DNA of 64,000 nt from Zygnema circumcarinatum SAG 698-1b. Lineage: Eukaryota; Plantae; Zygnematophyceae. Within the stretch, counting starts at the first letter, position 1. Each line of letters begins with the position of its first letter. Location: positions 1 through 64,000 of the forward strand of contig CM074820.1 of the NCBI GenBank assembly GCA_037447605.1, in the 5' to 3' direction. Shown piece after piece: positions 51,601-64,000 of this stretch. The notes beneath the pieces were generated by a model, which saw only the letters and a program-made list of their open reading frames with translations, did not search any database and was not told where the DNA came from. The position numbers and the translations under genes are program-made.

Positions 51601-52849
51601 GATCTTCCTGTGACACCTCGGGGGCATGACTCCATCCTCGTCTTTGTCGATCGGCTCAGCAAGATGGTGCATTTTGCACCAACTACTAAGACCGCTGGGG
51701 CCGACGAGATTGCACGGTTGTATGTTGACAAAGTGTGGAGCCAGCATGGTCTTCAGTCAGAAATTGTGTCTGACCGTGATCCACGATTCACCGGCCATTT
51801 TTGGACGGAAGTGCTCAAAATCGTGGGGACCAAGCAGGCGTTGAGTACAGCTTTCCACCCGCAAACCGATGGCCAGACGGAACGGGTGAACAGGATCCTG
51901 GAGGATTACCTCCGGCATTATGTGGGACCCACCCCGGATGGGTGGGATGAACTGCTCCCAGTGGCAGAGTACGCCATCAATAATGCTTTCCAGGAGTCCA
52001 TTGGTACCACCCCTTTCTTCCTGAACTTTGGGCAGCATCCCCTAAATCCCCTGCAACCAAGGGATCAGCCCCCGACCAGGAACATGGGCGCCTGCCGTAA
52101 CTCCCCGATCCTGGAAGCCGAGAGGAACTGGACATGGGACCTAACCTCCCTAGCCAGATCTTTGTCCGCTAATGTCTCGAGGCCAAAAAGGGCACGGCAG
52201 ACCTCGCAGCGCCTACAAAAGGCTCTATAAGCCGACGCCACCTGCACTCCAACTCACCTTCAAAGAGGGCGATGAGGTGTTGCTGAGTACGGCGAACTTG
52301 AGACTCAAAGCTTATGGCGGAACACGTAAGCTGTGGCCCCGCTTCATCGGACCCTTCAAGGTCGTGAAGCGCATCAATGAGGTCGCTTACCAGTTGGATT
52401 TACCAGCCCATATGAAGGTGCATCCGGTCTTTCATGTGGGATTGTTAAAGGCCTACCGTAGCGATGGGAGGATCCAGCCACCTCCCCCACCAGTGGAACT
52501 TGAGGGTGAACTTGAGTATGAAGTTGAAACCATTCAAGCCCACCGTATTGTGAGAAAGGGTCGATCTTCCCGTCACGAATACCTCGTGAAATGGTTGGGC
52601 TATGGGGTTGAACATAGCACATGGGAAGCCGAGGGCAACTTAACCAATTGCCAGGAGCTCATCAACTTGTACTGGGAGGCGCAGGCCGCAGGAGAGCGGG
52701 CGAGGGCGGCTCGGGGGGTTCCTGAGCCGTCCCCGCGCAACTCGGAAAGGGACTTGACCGGGATTATCGCTGAGCCCTCCCGGTTATCACGTAGAGTTCG
52801 ACGCGTGCCGTTGAAACTACGAGCTGCCTTTACTACCCCACACACGTGA
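48623..52849 (+). pseudogene. pol: Chromovirus pol: extra domain, protease, RT, RNase H, integrase, chromodomain (frameshifts may be assembly errors)
   Basis: [125 protein letters not shown]. Confidence 0.92.
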
Positions 52850-52883
52850 ACGAGGGCGTTCACATTCTCACAGGGGGGAGTAA

Positions 52884-53626
52884 TGTAGCGAAACGCTACA
52901 GTCACCCCAAGGGGGAAGGATTACTTAAAGCCCGGCGTGGCCTTATGTTTCCATCCAATGCATTACCTAATGGTTAGGGCATCGGATACCCTATAGGACG
53001 ACGGAGGTCCTAGGTTCGAACCGTAAGAACTGGTTCACACGTGGGGGCACCACATAGTCACGGTGCGCCCCACATCACCCGCCAAGGTCCCCTCCTCGAC
53101 TTAAGGGAGGATTGGGATTACCCACCACGGACCCATCCGTCCCGCTGATTGATCTCGGCCGCGGCCCCGATCCTCTTTTTTTGGCTCTGGCCAGCCGTCT
53201 CGCATAAGCACGTTACCGCTGGTACGGACGCGGGCTGACCGACCCGCCGCGCGGGCTGTAGGGATCCGCCGCGGTAATCGACGGTCTCGGGCGCTGGGCC
53301 AAGGTCATGCAGCGCGCCGCGAATGCGGCGAGCCAGATGTTGTACACCTCCACCCATTCGGGTCGAGAGACATGTGGCAACCGCCATTGAGTTTCAAGGC
53401 CTAATCCTCCATGCTGGTAGGAGGTTCAACGGGGGAAGCATATAGGGGCGAGGGGGACTGTCGTCACCCAACCAACGTACCGGCATTTGGTTGCACCCCT
53501 GCCCAGGGCTGCGCCAACCTCTGAAGCTCTCTCTCTCTCTCTCACTTTCTTGATTCAGGCGCTGAGTGCAGGCTGAGAGAGATTCCGCGCAAGACCGAGG
53601 GGGGATTAGCCCCGCGGTCCGTTACA
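52884..53626 (+). repeat. 3' LTR of the chromovirus
   Basis: Follows the PPT; ends GTTACA followed by the TSD CCCTG. Confidence 0.9.
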
Positions 53627-55364
53627 CCCTGACTCTAGTGGAAACGCCCGGCGCTGGTGTTCACACTGGATTGACATTCGTGCCGCCACGTCAGCGGTTC
53701 CTCCCCCCCGCGATGGCTGACCGTTTGCGACCGACAGCGCGGCCTTCTCCGTACCCCCCCTGCCATGCCGACTCCTCATTGGTCCATTTCTAATTCCTGC
53801 CACTTTTTGCCACTTCGCCAACATTTCGCCAGCCGGCCGTCTCTTCCGNNNNNNNNNNACTGTCAGTGATAAGTAGATGGGATGTCAGTGATGCTAGTTT
53901 GTCTTTTAGTGCTGGGCTTAGTATTTGTATTTGCTGTGTGGTTTGTTGTCTTGCTCTTCTTTTTCTGCCTCTTCAGCTCCAGCAACAGTTGCTAAGTGAG
54001 AGGGAGAGAGAGAGAGTTCCATTGCATAAAGAGAAAGAGAAAGAGTCTTCTTGCTGATAGCATTTAGACATCCCATTCAGCCCAGCCAGACAAAGATTTC
54101 AGTGAGAAGACACTTTCATTGTAATGACAATCCCCAGCCAATCGCTGGCTGGGGTGAGTTTCCAAAACACAACCTTTATCTAAGCTGAGTCCTATTTTCC
54201 CTTTGCTGTCACTATGCCAAGCTACCATCTTGTGATATCCTGCCTTACACTCTTCCCAATGACCGATGATAACTAGAAGTCTAGCGAAGAGAATAGCCGA
54301 AGAGAGGACAGGGGAAGAGAGCCCCCAAGGAAGGGCTCTTTGCGCATCGAGTCCAGCCGCCGGTGGGAACATCTTCAGAATCCCTACGTCTTCCGCTGCG
54401 CGTACCTCTGAATCCCCCGGATCCTGGCTCTATGCTGCAGGCAGACCCACAACACCAACACAACCCTTCATCAGTTTCAGCACGGACGCGCGAGTGGCCG
54501 TACACCACCTGCAACTAGCTCAGCACTCTCCCCTTAACCCCACTTATCTTGTGCTACATCCGTCTGGTTCACTCTGTCTGCTCGTGCTCGACCGTACATG
54601 CGTACCGCATAATACCGTACAGTCGTACGACCATACGACCGTCCGACCGTACATGTTGTAAAGGCGTTGTAAAGTAATATATATCAGCCGTTATCTAGTC
54701 GTCACAGTTGTATAATATAATATATATTATATAGTCGTAATTAATCCATCCCTACTCGCAGTGCACACTAGAACGAAATGTCGTGTACCCTACAACCAGT
54801 TAGGGCGAGAAATCGAACTTTTTTTAGCTTAATTGTTCAATGGTCAATTGAAAAAACAGAAAAAAAACTCAGTCGATCGTTTGAACAGTTGGATCGAATG
54901 TTTTGGAGCTTGAGAACTTGAACAACATGAAAGAAATGCTAAGAAATTCGTGTGGGTTCCAAATTTTGCCCGTAAAATTCAAGCAATCTGAGGAATTTTC
55001 TTACCTCCGGTCCAACTTTCACCGTACGAACTTTTTTTATCAGATCAATTGTTACCGTACGGTGCAAAATAGATTCCACCACCTTATGGCAATGGAAACC
55101 AGAAGCGGGTCCAGCGCTTTGCCACCTGCCAGAATCTCATTGTTGATCGGTGGATGCGAAATAAATCGAAATTGAACGCGACTCGGAGTTAATTGTTCAA
55201 TGTTTGACTGGATTCGCATTGAAAAAGGACTCGTTTCTTAGAAAAAAACAGAAACAGAAAGCAGAAACTGTTTTTTTTTCTGAACTGCGGTTTTGAAAGT
55301 TTATTTTTTTTGAGAAGTCAAAATCTTTAATATCTTATGTGTTCAACCTAATTGGTTCGAGGGT

Positions 55365-55560
55365 ATTAGAATTCCAATAAAAATTTCTGAAAGTCAGGCC
55401 GTTTTATAAAACACTTTTAGAATAGCTGGACAATCGTACGGCTACACTGTACGGCCAATACCAGCCCTATTCAAGTTGGCGGGCGTTCAAGTTCAATGGT
55501 CGTATGGTCATTCTAAAAGTGTTCTAAAACTCTGAAATTTTTATTGGAACGTTCTAATTC
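55365..55560. repeat. Imperfect AT-rich inverted repeat (MITE-like remnant)
   Basis: TTCCAATAAAAATTTC...AACACTTTTAGAAT (about 55371-55423) vs ATTCTAAAAGTGTT...GAAATTTTTATTGGAA (about 55510-55549). Confidence 0.65.
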
Positions 55561-55689
55561 TTCTTGGTCGGACAAATGTACTGTACATCCCCCCACAGTA
55601 CGGTATATTCTGTACGGCGCGTGATGTGACGCGACGTGACGTGGTTAGGGGGCCGCCTCGCCGCGGGGGCACCCGCGCTGTGCCGCTCT

Positions 55690-55860
55690 GCTCGTCGTTC
55701 TCGTCCTCCTCGTCCTCCTATTCCGCCTCATCCTTCTCCTGTTTCTCCTTCTAGTTCTCCGTCTCCTACTTTTATTCCTCCTACTCCTACTCTTGCTCCT
55801 TCCACGTCTCCTACTCCTAGTCCTACCCCTTATCCTACTCTTTCTCCATCTCCTACTCGG
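55690..55860. repeat. Pyrimidine-rich low-complexity tract (CTCCTA/CTCCTC units)
   Basis: Direct observation. Confidence 0.8.
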
Positions 55861-56001
55861 CGCTCTTGCATTTGGCGCTCGGCGTTCGGCATCCTCCTCC
55901 TCCGTCGCCCGGTTGGCAGGGAGGGAATGAGGTTTCAGATTCTCCAACTTGAAGCTTGACAGAAGTCACAAAACCCACACACTTGCACTTCAATCCAATC
56001 G

Positions 56002-56071
56002 TCAGCCATCAGCCATCAGCCATCAGCCATCAGCCATCAGCCATCAGCCATCAGCCATCAGCCATCAGCCA
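56002..56071. repeat. (TCAGCCA)10 heptamer microsatellite
   Basis: Ten perfect units. Confidence 0.95.
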
Positions 56072-56631
56072 ATCATCTTCTCACGGAAGCCCCACCGCTC
56101 ATTCGGACTGCATCTGCTCGAAGCGAACAGAGTACTAACTTCCTTTCAATACTTGGACCAATCCAGCTCGCTGAATATTGCAGCTCGCTGCCTTCAGACC
56201 AGCGCTGGCCTTAAATTACATCGCGCCGCCTGCTCCGTGACTTTAGACTTCCATGTCCAGTGCCACCTGTCACTGTCAGGCTGAACCCTGCCAAATCAGC
56301 ACCAGCTCTCTACCACTGTTCCAAAGAACGCGCACACGGGCTAAGCCTATCCTCCAAGCTTTTTCATGAGCATCCTCCACCCGCCGGCTATTCCTGGGGA
56401 GCTCACCTGCGCCGTCTGCCGAATCTGGTGGCTCATTTTAGGACGTGGTTTTTAACCGAGGAAATTGCCCATCTAAAAGCTACCACTGGCTGTACAGAAA
56501 TGCCCCCATTGTCTGCCACGCACACCGTCACGCGAGCTAAAAAACAGAAACGACGAGCAGGAGTCGGACAGCGCTGATGCCGAGATTCCGACCACGGTGG
56601 ACCCCAGGCCCCTACAGAGGCACGGGGGTGT

Positions 56632-59600
56632 TCACGAGGCAAGAATTTTCGCAACTTTTGCCGCAGCATCAGGAGGAATCTCCCGGCCGGGCACCTTCGC
56701 CTTCACGAGGGCTATGTACCTGCACGGCACGCAGCACTTCGGCCCGTCAGACCCGCAAGCGACTTCTCAATGCTGCCACCGGTCGGCGGTTTTTTAATAC
56801 ATGAAAGGAACAGGGCGGCAAAGAAAGCACTGATGACAGGGTCCGACAGACAAACAAAAAGTGAAAAAGGGTGACTCTCACTCGTCATAGGAGAAGTAGC
56901 GGTCGTGGTCCCTAATGTAGGCCACCAGAGCCTGCAAATGCATGGCATTGAGGGTACGATAAGGGATTCTCACGCAGGCCCACTTGCCAGACAGACTACT
57001 TGAGAACTTGCAGGCTCTACAAATGAGCAGCAATAGATTATCCTACAGGCCCTACGAATTCAGGAGTTCTTAAAGCGAGCACCACCTCTTGCAGGCATGG
57101 AGGGGGCAGATGAGCGCACCTCGTAGGGGCGGTTGAGGAGCTCGTAGTAGTCGTGCACGCGGTCCAAGCACTGCTGCACGCTCACAACGCTGTTTGCACC
57201 AATGCTTGCGATCGTCTGTGACAAGCAGTCACAACGTAAGCTCGTGCTTTGACAAACAGCGATCGATTCAAGATAAAGCTGCTTCATCTTCATGCAGGCC
57301 GCAGCCGCAATCCCGAGACAGTTTTCGACCATGGAGAGTGCGTCCGAGTTCTGGGGCACTTGGCTTTTGCGTGAGTGGTTTACCTGCTGCAACTGCCGCC
57401 GATTGCGCTGTACCTGCCGCACTCCCAAAGAGTTTATGGCCTTCACTTTAGCGAGACCCTGTGAGCGGACAAGCCAGATATCACCCGAGTCAGAATATGC
57501 CGATAGTGTTCAAAGATCGTTCCAGGGTACAAAACCATCAGACGGAACTAACAACAACAAACTAACAACTAACAACTAACAACAACTAACTCAATTGAAG
57601 ACAAAAAAGTCACACTTGTGCTGGTAGAAATTAGTGTTCAGCTCAATTTCAAGATGTTGCAGCTAGACAAATACACTCTTCGCTGTTGTATTGCCCATTA
57701 GCCGGTCCAACATCATTCAGCAATTCACCATTGTGCTGCTTCTAGCGGCGATAGAATCAAGTGCCCATGTGCGGCTTCACAGTGTCTAACTTTACAATCA
57801 CACCAACTCCTCGTCGTATAAGTTTTGGATCAGGTTTCCGCGAATTCAAGAAACTTGCAAGGATTACATTCTGATAGCAGTCTTCAACGACAGCCTCAGA
57901 TGTCTTGAGCTTTCCCAAAGGTGGATTTTCCGCGACTGTCTGCCCCCTGCCCTCACCTGAATGAGCCCCGTTGCCGCTAAACTGCAGACGCCTCCCAGCA
58001 CATAGCAACGGCGAGCGGGGGGCAGGTAGGTGGCCAGCTCCTCGTCCATGCGGGAGAGCTGGCACAAACTCTCGTTGTGTGTCAGTACTAAAAATCAATG
58101 CAACACAGTAATTGCCCCCTTTGACAACACCCGCATTTTTTAACGCCGTTGTTCGTTCAAATGTTATAGCAGCAACACTTCAACCAACAGTGAAACAAAT
58201 TTCGTTCAGCACATTCTGAATGTGCAAGGTTTTGCATGGCAGAGTCGAAATTGCTTTCACTCTGGCAAGGTGTAGTACCTGGCTCGTCAGGGACACAATG
58301 AACTCTTCCGGATCTTCCGCATCTGTCTCACATACGTACGACTTGCCTTCCATTGCCTGCCCCACTCCCCAGTACACGAAACCTTCCTCCCCTCTCAACC
58401 AAACTCCCAAGAAGAGCCGGCGAACCATGGTCATGCAACCAACCACTCATGAGCAGCCAGTAGCAGCAGCTCGTTGCCCCTCAACAACAGAGAGAGCAGA
58501 AGCATCGTCATCAGCTAGGCGAGTCGTCCCCTCCCCTATGCACTCGAGGCAGGAGGGAGAGCGCACCTGCAGGTGGAAGAGGCCCTGCAGCTGCAGCTCT
58601 AAACGCAGTGCACGCAGACACTCGTGCGCGAGAGAACGGCACCGCTCGGAGAGGCCCGCCAGGCCCGAACTCAGAGGGGGGGCTCCGCGGGGACGCCTAG
58701 GAGGGGGCGGCTTCGCTGCTGCCTTCTTCTTCCCCCCAGAGGAGAATTGAGCCTGCCCAAGTCTGCCCTCTCAAACGACACTCTTAGGACAGGGCTGTGA
58801 AGGCTGTAGTGTCTCTTCAAAAGTCTAGACTTCTTGGTTTCAGGGAATCAAAAGCTGTGGGCCGGGTGGCTTCAGAAAAGGAATGCACAATGGTCTGTAA
58901 ACAAAGCAGGAAGAAGGAAGGAAGAGGACGCACAAGCCGATTGAGTCCGCCAAGTGATCCAAAGTGTCGCTTAAGGCTCCAAGAAGCAATAACTTCTGGC
59001 CGTCCAGGATGAGTTGCTCCTGCTCCCCCAATTCTTTCGGATGCCTTTCAGTAAAGAGAGGGAGAAAACCAGATGTAGGACTTCAGCATTATGGCAACAG
59101 CCACAGATAACGTTCTAGCAAGAAAAACAAAAAAAAAAAAATCGTGTAAAAATGGACTTTAACATAGTTTGAGGAGGGCGGTCGCTGAGAAGTTGAATCA
59201 TTCACCGCTTTAAGGGGCCGCAGCTGGGACAGTATTTGATGGACCTCTGTCTCGACTTCATACGCGTGGCTGTCAGGCACAGGGACCTCCTGCGCCTCCG
59301 CCATGTCTTCGAGGCTCGGCTCCATCTCTTCCAGCAGCACTGTTGCGGGCAGCTGCTTCATTAGATGTTCCAAATCGGCCCGGCCCACCAACCCGCTGCT
59401 TACGCTGCCCAGCACTGCCTGCATTCAATTCAAACCAATCGCAGCCCCGTTGTTTGAGACAGCTCGGCCGGTCTTATGTGCATTGGCGCCTCTGTAGGAA
59501 ACCCTGGAGGATAAAAATGGCAGTTTCATGCACATTCGTCAAGTGCAGCAAACCAGCACGAGGCTGTGGAAGACGGAGGGGTTGAGACCTCTGTGAATAC

Positions 59601-62600
59601 AGCGCGGCAGCGCTCCAATGTGCGCTCCAATAGTGCGTGAATGAGGAGCACAAACTCCCCCGCGTAGACCGGCATGGCTTGTGCCCACAACAGCACCTGC
59701 AGGCCCGGACACACCGCTGCTTTGAGAGGTCAAAACCGCCTTAAACATGCTTCACAGTCCGCTTTCCTTTCACTGAAATGGGGTTACAAACTACAAATGC
59801 CGCTGTGGAGGGGCACACTGATTTGGACAGGGTCTGGGACACACTGTCCAGTTCCACCAATACTGAGGAGCAGGGATTGAACACTCTCGCGATAGACAAA
59901 AGATACTAATTTCGCCGTGTTACGAGCAGGCAGGCAGCAGCGCACACCTCTCCCACGAGCTGCTCCACCGCCAGGGGGCCCTGCAGCACAGGCCGACCCT
60001 TCTCCAGGGTTGCCTCGTACACTCCATTTGCCTTCTTCCCTTTCGGCCGAAACGCTGCAGGGCCTGCCACCAGGCCGCTGCCGGCCAATCAGCAGCAGAT
60101 AGACCAGCTTTATGCCTTTGCTTGCGGGGAAATGTTGATGGGGAAAACTGAACCTGACACGAGAAAAGTCGACATCATGCCTTTGCAGTAATCAAGAAGG
60201 AGCAAGTGGAAGGAATGATTGTACTGTACTTGAAAGCGCTTCCGCAACTCTCGTACGATAGTCCACATGTATGCCAGGGAGGAACTGGTCGCGCACAGTG
60301 CTGTCGATAAAGGGCTGCAGCCCCTGCCTCCTGAAGCCACGATATGCCATACCCGATCAGGTCATGTCAGAGCCCTGATCAGCACCCTGCTCTATCGCTG
60401 GTTGCTGAAATATATGCATCAGGATTCCATGTCCTATCGAGTCAAGACGTTCAGCAGGCTCCGAAGACAGAAAGCAAGTATGTGCTCCCCCAGCCACCCT
60501 GCCAGAACCCATTGTACCATCAATAACAACCTACCCGAGCTCGGCGTATTTGGGCGGCAAAACCTGGCAGACTTTCTCCGTAAACTGCTCACCCCAGCCC
60601 CCCCAGCACTCCCATATGTCGGTTTCACTTCGAACTGTGCTGGGAGGTCAGGCTCAGACGTAAGCCCCCCCCCCCCCCCCACCCCCCCTGTCCCTCTGCA
60701 AATAGCTCTCCACCCCTTCCACGCTGCCCGTTGTTACCTGCAGGACCGGCCGGTAGCAGGCGGAGGTGAGGTAGATGCCGCGGTCCGTTAGCACGGCGGC
60801 GGTGCCGTAGCCCTCCTGTCCGAGCACGGCCCCGCGCCGCGGGCCGGAGGAGAGCATGCCGTCCACCCCGAGAGTGGCTGCCAGACTCTCGCCTGCTCCT
60901 GCACCCACACCGACCGACCGAAGAACGTAACGGAGTGGGAACTCTTGCAATGATTCATTCGGGCCCATGGCCAACAAGGAGCTGCACTCCTGAACAGAAT
61001 TTAGGGTCTTGTGCATATGACTAGATAAAGAAAAAAGAGAAACCACTCAAGTCGCATGACCTGACTGCTGCAATAGTTCACAGTGAGGCGCACCTGTCAC
61101 AGAGTGCGCATGCTCCGAAAAACGGAAGCTGAATGTGAGCTCCGTTTCAGAACTGCAATAGCTCACACGGTAAGCCCGATTTCCTTGTTAGACCTATCTC
61201 TACTGCATAAAATCCTGGAAATGATACTGGACGTTGAGGCGGCTGTGCACTCTCACTGCATGGTCTCTGAAAGGGTCGGATGCGCATGTGAATGATAGAG
61301 AATGGAATGAAACAGAAAATACAAGCCACCTTGTGCCATTGGATATCCGCTGGTTGACGACACGCGTCGCAGCGCCCTCCCCCCCCGCAGTGCTGTCCGG
61401 CGCCGCGCGGAGGATGTCGCAGATGAGCTGCTGCAGCTCGCTCTGCGCTCCCTCCCGCAACACAGAACTGTCAGCCTCCACCAAGGAGATGGCCGTATGG
61501 CCCTTATGGAAACTGACTACATGATCTGCTGACGAAAACTCCGCAAATGGACCCAAGACCATGCTGACATGCTTCAAGTCCATCCTCGCCTTCGTTTCGT
61601 TGGTCAGAAACTGGTTGCCTCGTCGTCAGGCTTGACTTTTGCATCTCGGGATTAGTCAGTATTTTTGTGCAAAACCGGTTAAGTGAAGTGGATATGAGTT
61701 GATGTCGTCGGATGAATTGTGCAGAAAGCAAGCAGCCTATGTGGGCTTTGCAGTAAACCAACAAACAGGTCAAAAGGAGTACTACGCATGCAGAGGCAAA
61801 GAGAGACCCCATGAAGAACGAGGAGCACGTTCACTTAGGCGAGGCTATCGAGGAGCACTTGTCGGATCACTTCAGGCTGGCCCACAGTTTGATGGAAAGG
61901 GCGACTCAAACATAAGCATCACTGTCATAGGGGAGTCCGCGTAGCTACGAGAAACAGCAGGACTATCTGAATGACAAAATGGAGTACGGAACCTACCTGT
62001 ATGCAGGACCATGCAAAGGCCACGTTATAGCCCCCCGTGGCGGAACTCAGGACGCCATCTTGGCCGTGGTGGGAGCCTCCTCTCGTGTGAGAACCCGCAG
62101 GTGCCACCTTCTTCTCCATAAAATCGCTCACAGTCACATGGTTTTCTGCCAAGACAACAGTGCTACATGTGACAAATTGGCTCAAGGTTCAGCAACGAGG
62201 TAAGGGAAGACACACTTCGTAGACTCGGATGATACACTAAACTCAAGGTCTCCCTGGTTGTATACAACAATGACCCAGCCTTCTGTGCTTGATAGTAAAG
62301 CTCTGCCAGGAGCGAGTCCTTGGCTGCACCAAGCATTCCTTTCCAAACAAGAGCAGCACTGCTCAAGGGGTTTCCAAAAGACACAACAGGTGGGCCTGTC
62401 CATGCTCCGCGAACATCAACGTTGACAGCATTGGCCATTAACTTGCTTGAAGGCGAAACGCAAGGATAGGCCTTATCAAAAAGTCGAGTCTAAAGGCCGA
62501 AGGACAGCAAGAGACACACGCACGTTCAATCAGTCGAACATGATGCAGGACTGCAGCAGATGCAGCCCTGCAGGGAAGCAGGGGGCCCCTTTCACAGGGA

Positions 62601-64000
62601 GGGGAGATCACCTACCGAGCACTTCCAGCAGCACGTACATGACGGACTCCAGCAAATCGTGGGCCGCCACCTGTGCCGCGTGCATGGGGCTGGCCACTAG
62701 CGCTGCAGCGCCCTCCCGCATGGCGGCCCCCGCGGGGGGAGCGCGGGAGGACGGGCTGTCCGCATGGGAGATGGCGGGGCCGGGACGGGCATTGCGGGAA
62801 ATGGAGGGAGAGTAGGACATAGAGAGAGAGCGGGGAATGGCGGCAGATGCCGATCCTGCCTTGCTGCCGCTCTTCTCCATCAGGGGCCTGCATATATCGC
62901 AAACTTCGCTTCAGTGAAGCTTGTTCGTGAGATCATCGACAAGGAGTAGGTACTATGAATCTGGTCAACAGCATTAGCGATCATGGCCTAGAAAGGTCGG
63001 GCAGTCCGATAGCATCATCTGAACTTATGGCAAACTCCCTATCAAAAAGAACATGCCACGCTCGTTTTGGCCTAAGCGAAGTGTGAACACGACTTTCTAG
63101 CTCTCTGGCCAAAACACCTCCGGCAAGGTGGGCCGTGGCGTGAATATGTCCGAACCTGGTAGCCTCCAGCACAGTCACTTTCAACTTGATCTCAGCAATA
63201 ATTCGCTCTCGAACAGCACTTCGCAACCTTTGGCTGCACAGTATAAACAAGCCCACCTTCCCAACGATAAAACCAGCATGCTTTTCGTTCAAGAAATGAA
63301 CTACTTGGTTCGCATGCTTTAAGAGCCTAGTATTGGCGATGAGAGCGATGAACCTATGACATACGGACTGCGAATTCACAAGATACAAATTTCCGTTCCA
63401 ACTTACTTGAGAATAGATCCAGCAGCGGGAATTTTTCCCAGCATAGCCAGAATCTCCACAAGAGTTTGCAGATACTTTACATGCTGAGGAGCATCACTTT
63501 TGGATATAGCCTCCTGTCAGTGAGCAAAAAAAAAAGGGGGCGCAAATATTGTCAAATATGCAATATTCCTTGTGGCTTAAGCATGTGGAAGAGGGCTAGA
63601 TGAGAACATACTGTGAAGCTGTCGGGAGTTGTCTCGGCCAACCATGGAGGAAGCTGCTGTTGCACAAGCTTGCGAGCGATAAAATCAGGAATAAGCTCTT
63701 GGCGAGAGGATGATCCTGAGACTTCACTGCTAGGGGTTCCGGGCACTTCGTCCGCATCCCGCTCGTCCACTCCAGGATTGCTGCCCAACCTCCCCGCCAT
63801 GAGAAAAGTCAGTTGAACCTTCCCTCCCATTGACTAATATTCACCTTAAAAAAAACTCCTTCCCTCCCTCCCGTTTCAGGCAGACGGGAGGGCCATAGCT
63901 TACCTGGTGTCAATGCTGAGAGCGCGCGCTTCAGAGGGGCTGCGCCGCATGCTTCGCGGCTTCATCCGCGCTGTCTTATCGGCCTTGGCCCCGCCCCCTC
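56632..64000 (-). CDS. SEC8: Exocyst complex component SEC8 (EXOC4); 5' part lies outside the window
   Basis: Exon peptides PPWLAETTPD, LLWAQAMP..LLERTLERCR, LSQLRPLK, KLLLLGALSDTLDHLADSI, LQLQGLFHLQ, DAEDPEEFIVSLTSQ, INSLGVRQVQRN, LDRVHDYYELLNRPYE, KVPGREIPPDA...ILAS* are collinear with plant SEC8. Confidence 0.92.
57547..57590. repeat. (ACTAACA)/(ACA) short repeat in a SEC8 intron
   Basis: Direct observation. Confidence 0.8.

Larger units (their letters stand above)
46370..53626 (+). mobile_element. Chromovirus (Ty3/Gypsy) LTR retrotransposon, full length, about 7.26 kb
   Basis: LTRs 46370-47084 and 52884-53626 (TG..CA); exact 5-bp TSD CCCTG at 46365-46369 and 53627-53631; PPT AGGGGGGAG at 52872-52880; degenerate PBS-like AGCAGTATCGAG after the 5' LTR. 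Confidence 0.95.
42985..54558 (+). mobile_element. Ty3/Gypsy retrotransposon without chromodomain (middle layer); boundaries inferred
   Basis: TGTAGC...GCTACA termini flanked by TCCG at 42981-42984 and 54559-54562. LTR duplication and gag are not visible because both ends run into N gaps. Confidence 0.6.
42772..54754. mobile_element. hAT-type non-autonomous element (about 405 bp MITE) expanded to 12 kb by nested retrotransposons
   Basis: TIRs TAGGGATGG (42772) and CCATCCCTA (54746-54754); exact 8-bp TSD CTCGCAGT at 42764-42771 and 54755-54762; matching subterminal CTTTACAAC and CCGTAC/CGACC repeats in both arms. Confidence 0.9.

Noticed and set aside
54801-55469. Second hAT-like element TAGGGC...GCCCTA
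   Set aside because: Only 6-bp termini, and the flanking 8-mers (CAACCAGT vs TTCAAGTT) do not match
55636-55959. Protamine-like Arg-rich ORF and extensin-like antisense ORF
   Set aside because: Low-complexity CT tract; no reliable start, splice or homology evidence

Overview
Eukaryotic, intron-rich nuclear DNA from a green plant lineage, most likely a streptophyte alga (inferred from gene content, GC-rich first exons and compact intergenic spacing). Ten spliced genes can be reconstructed by eye: a chloroplast two-RRM RNA-binding protein, P5C dehydrogenase (ALDH12A1), a GH79 heparanase-like glucuronidase, pTAC14, an animal-type PARP16-like mono-ADP-ribosyltransferase, a membrane RING-CH E3 ligase, an MLF-family protein, the D1 protease CtpA, proteasome beta-3, and the 3' part of SEC8. 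A 12-kb triple-nested insertion lies just upstream of the proteasome gene. Its layers are a hAT-type MITE (8-bp TSD), a Ty3/Gypsy element (apparent 4-bp TSD) and a chromovirus (5-bp TSD). The chromovirus is the most unusual object. Both LTRs carry a tRNA-derived A-box/B-box (Pol III promoter-like) module, gag ends in a canonical-looking -1 frameshift signal, and an extra ~170-aa domain precedes the protease. The window also has a long-TIR foldback element, several simple-repeat arrays and three N gaps (2036-2045, 43152-43181, 53849-53858). Sequence between the last two gaps looks error-prone. All homology calls come from recalled family motifs, not database searches.
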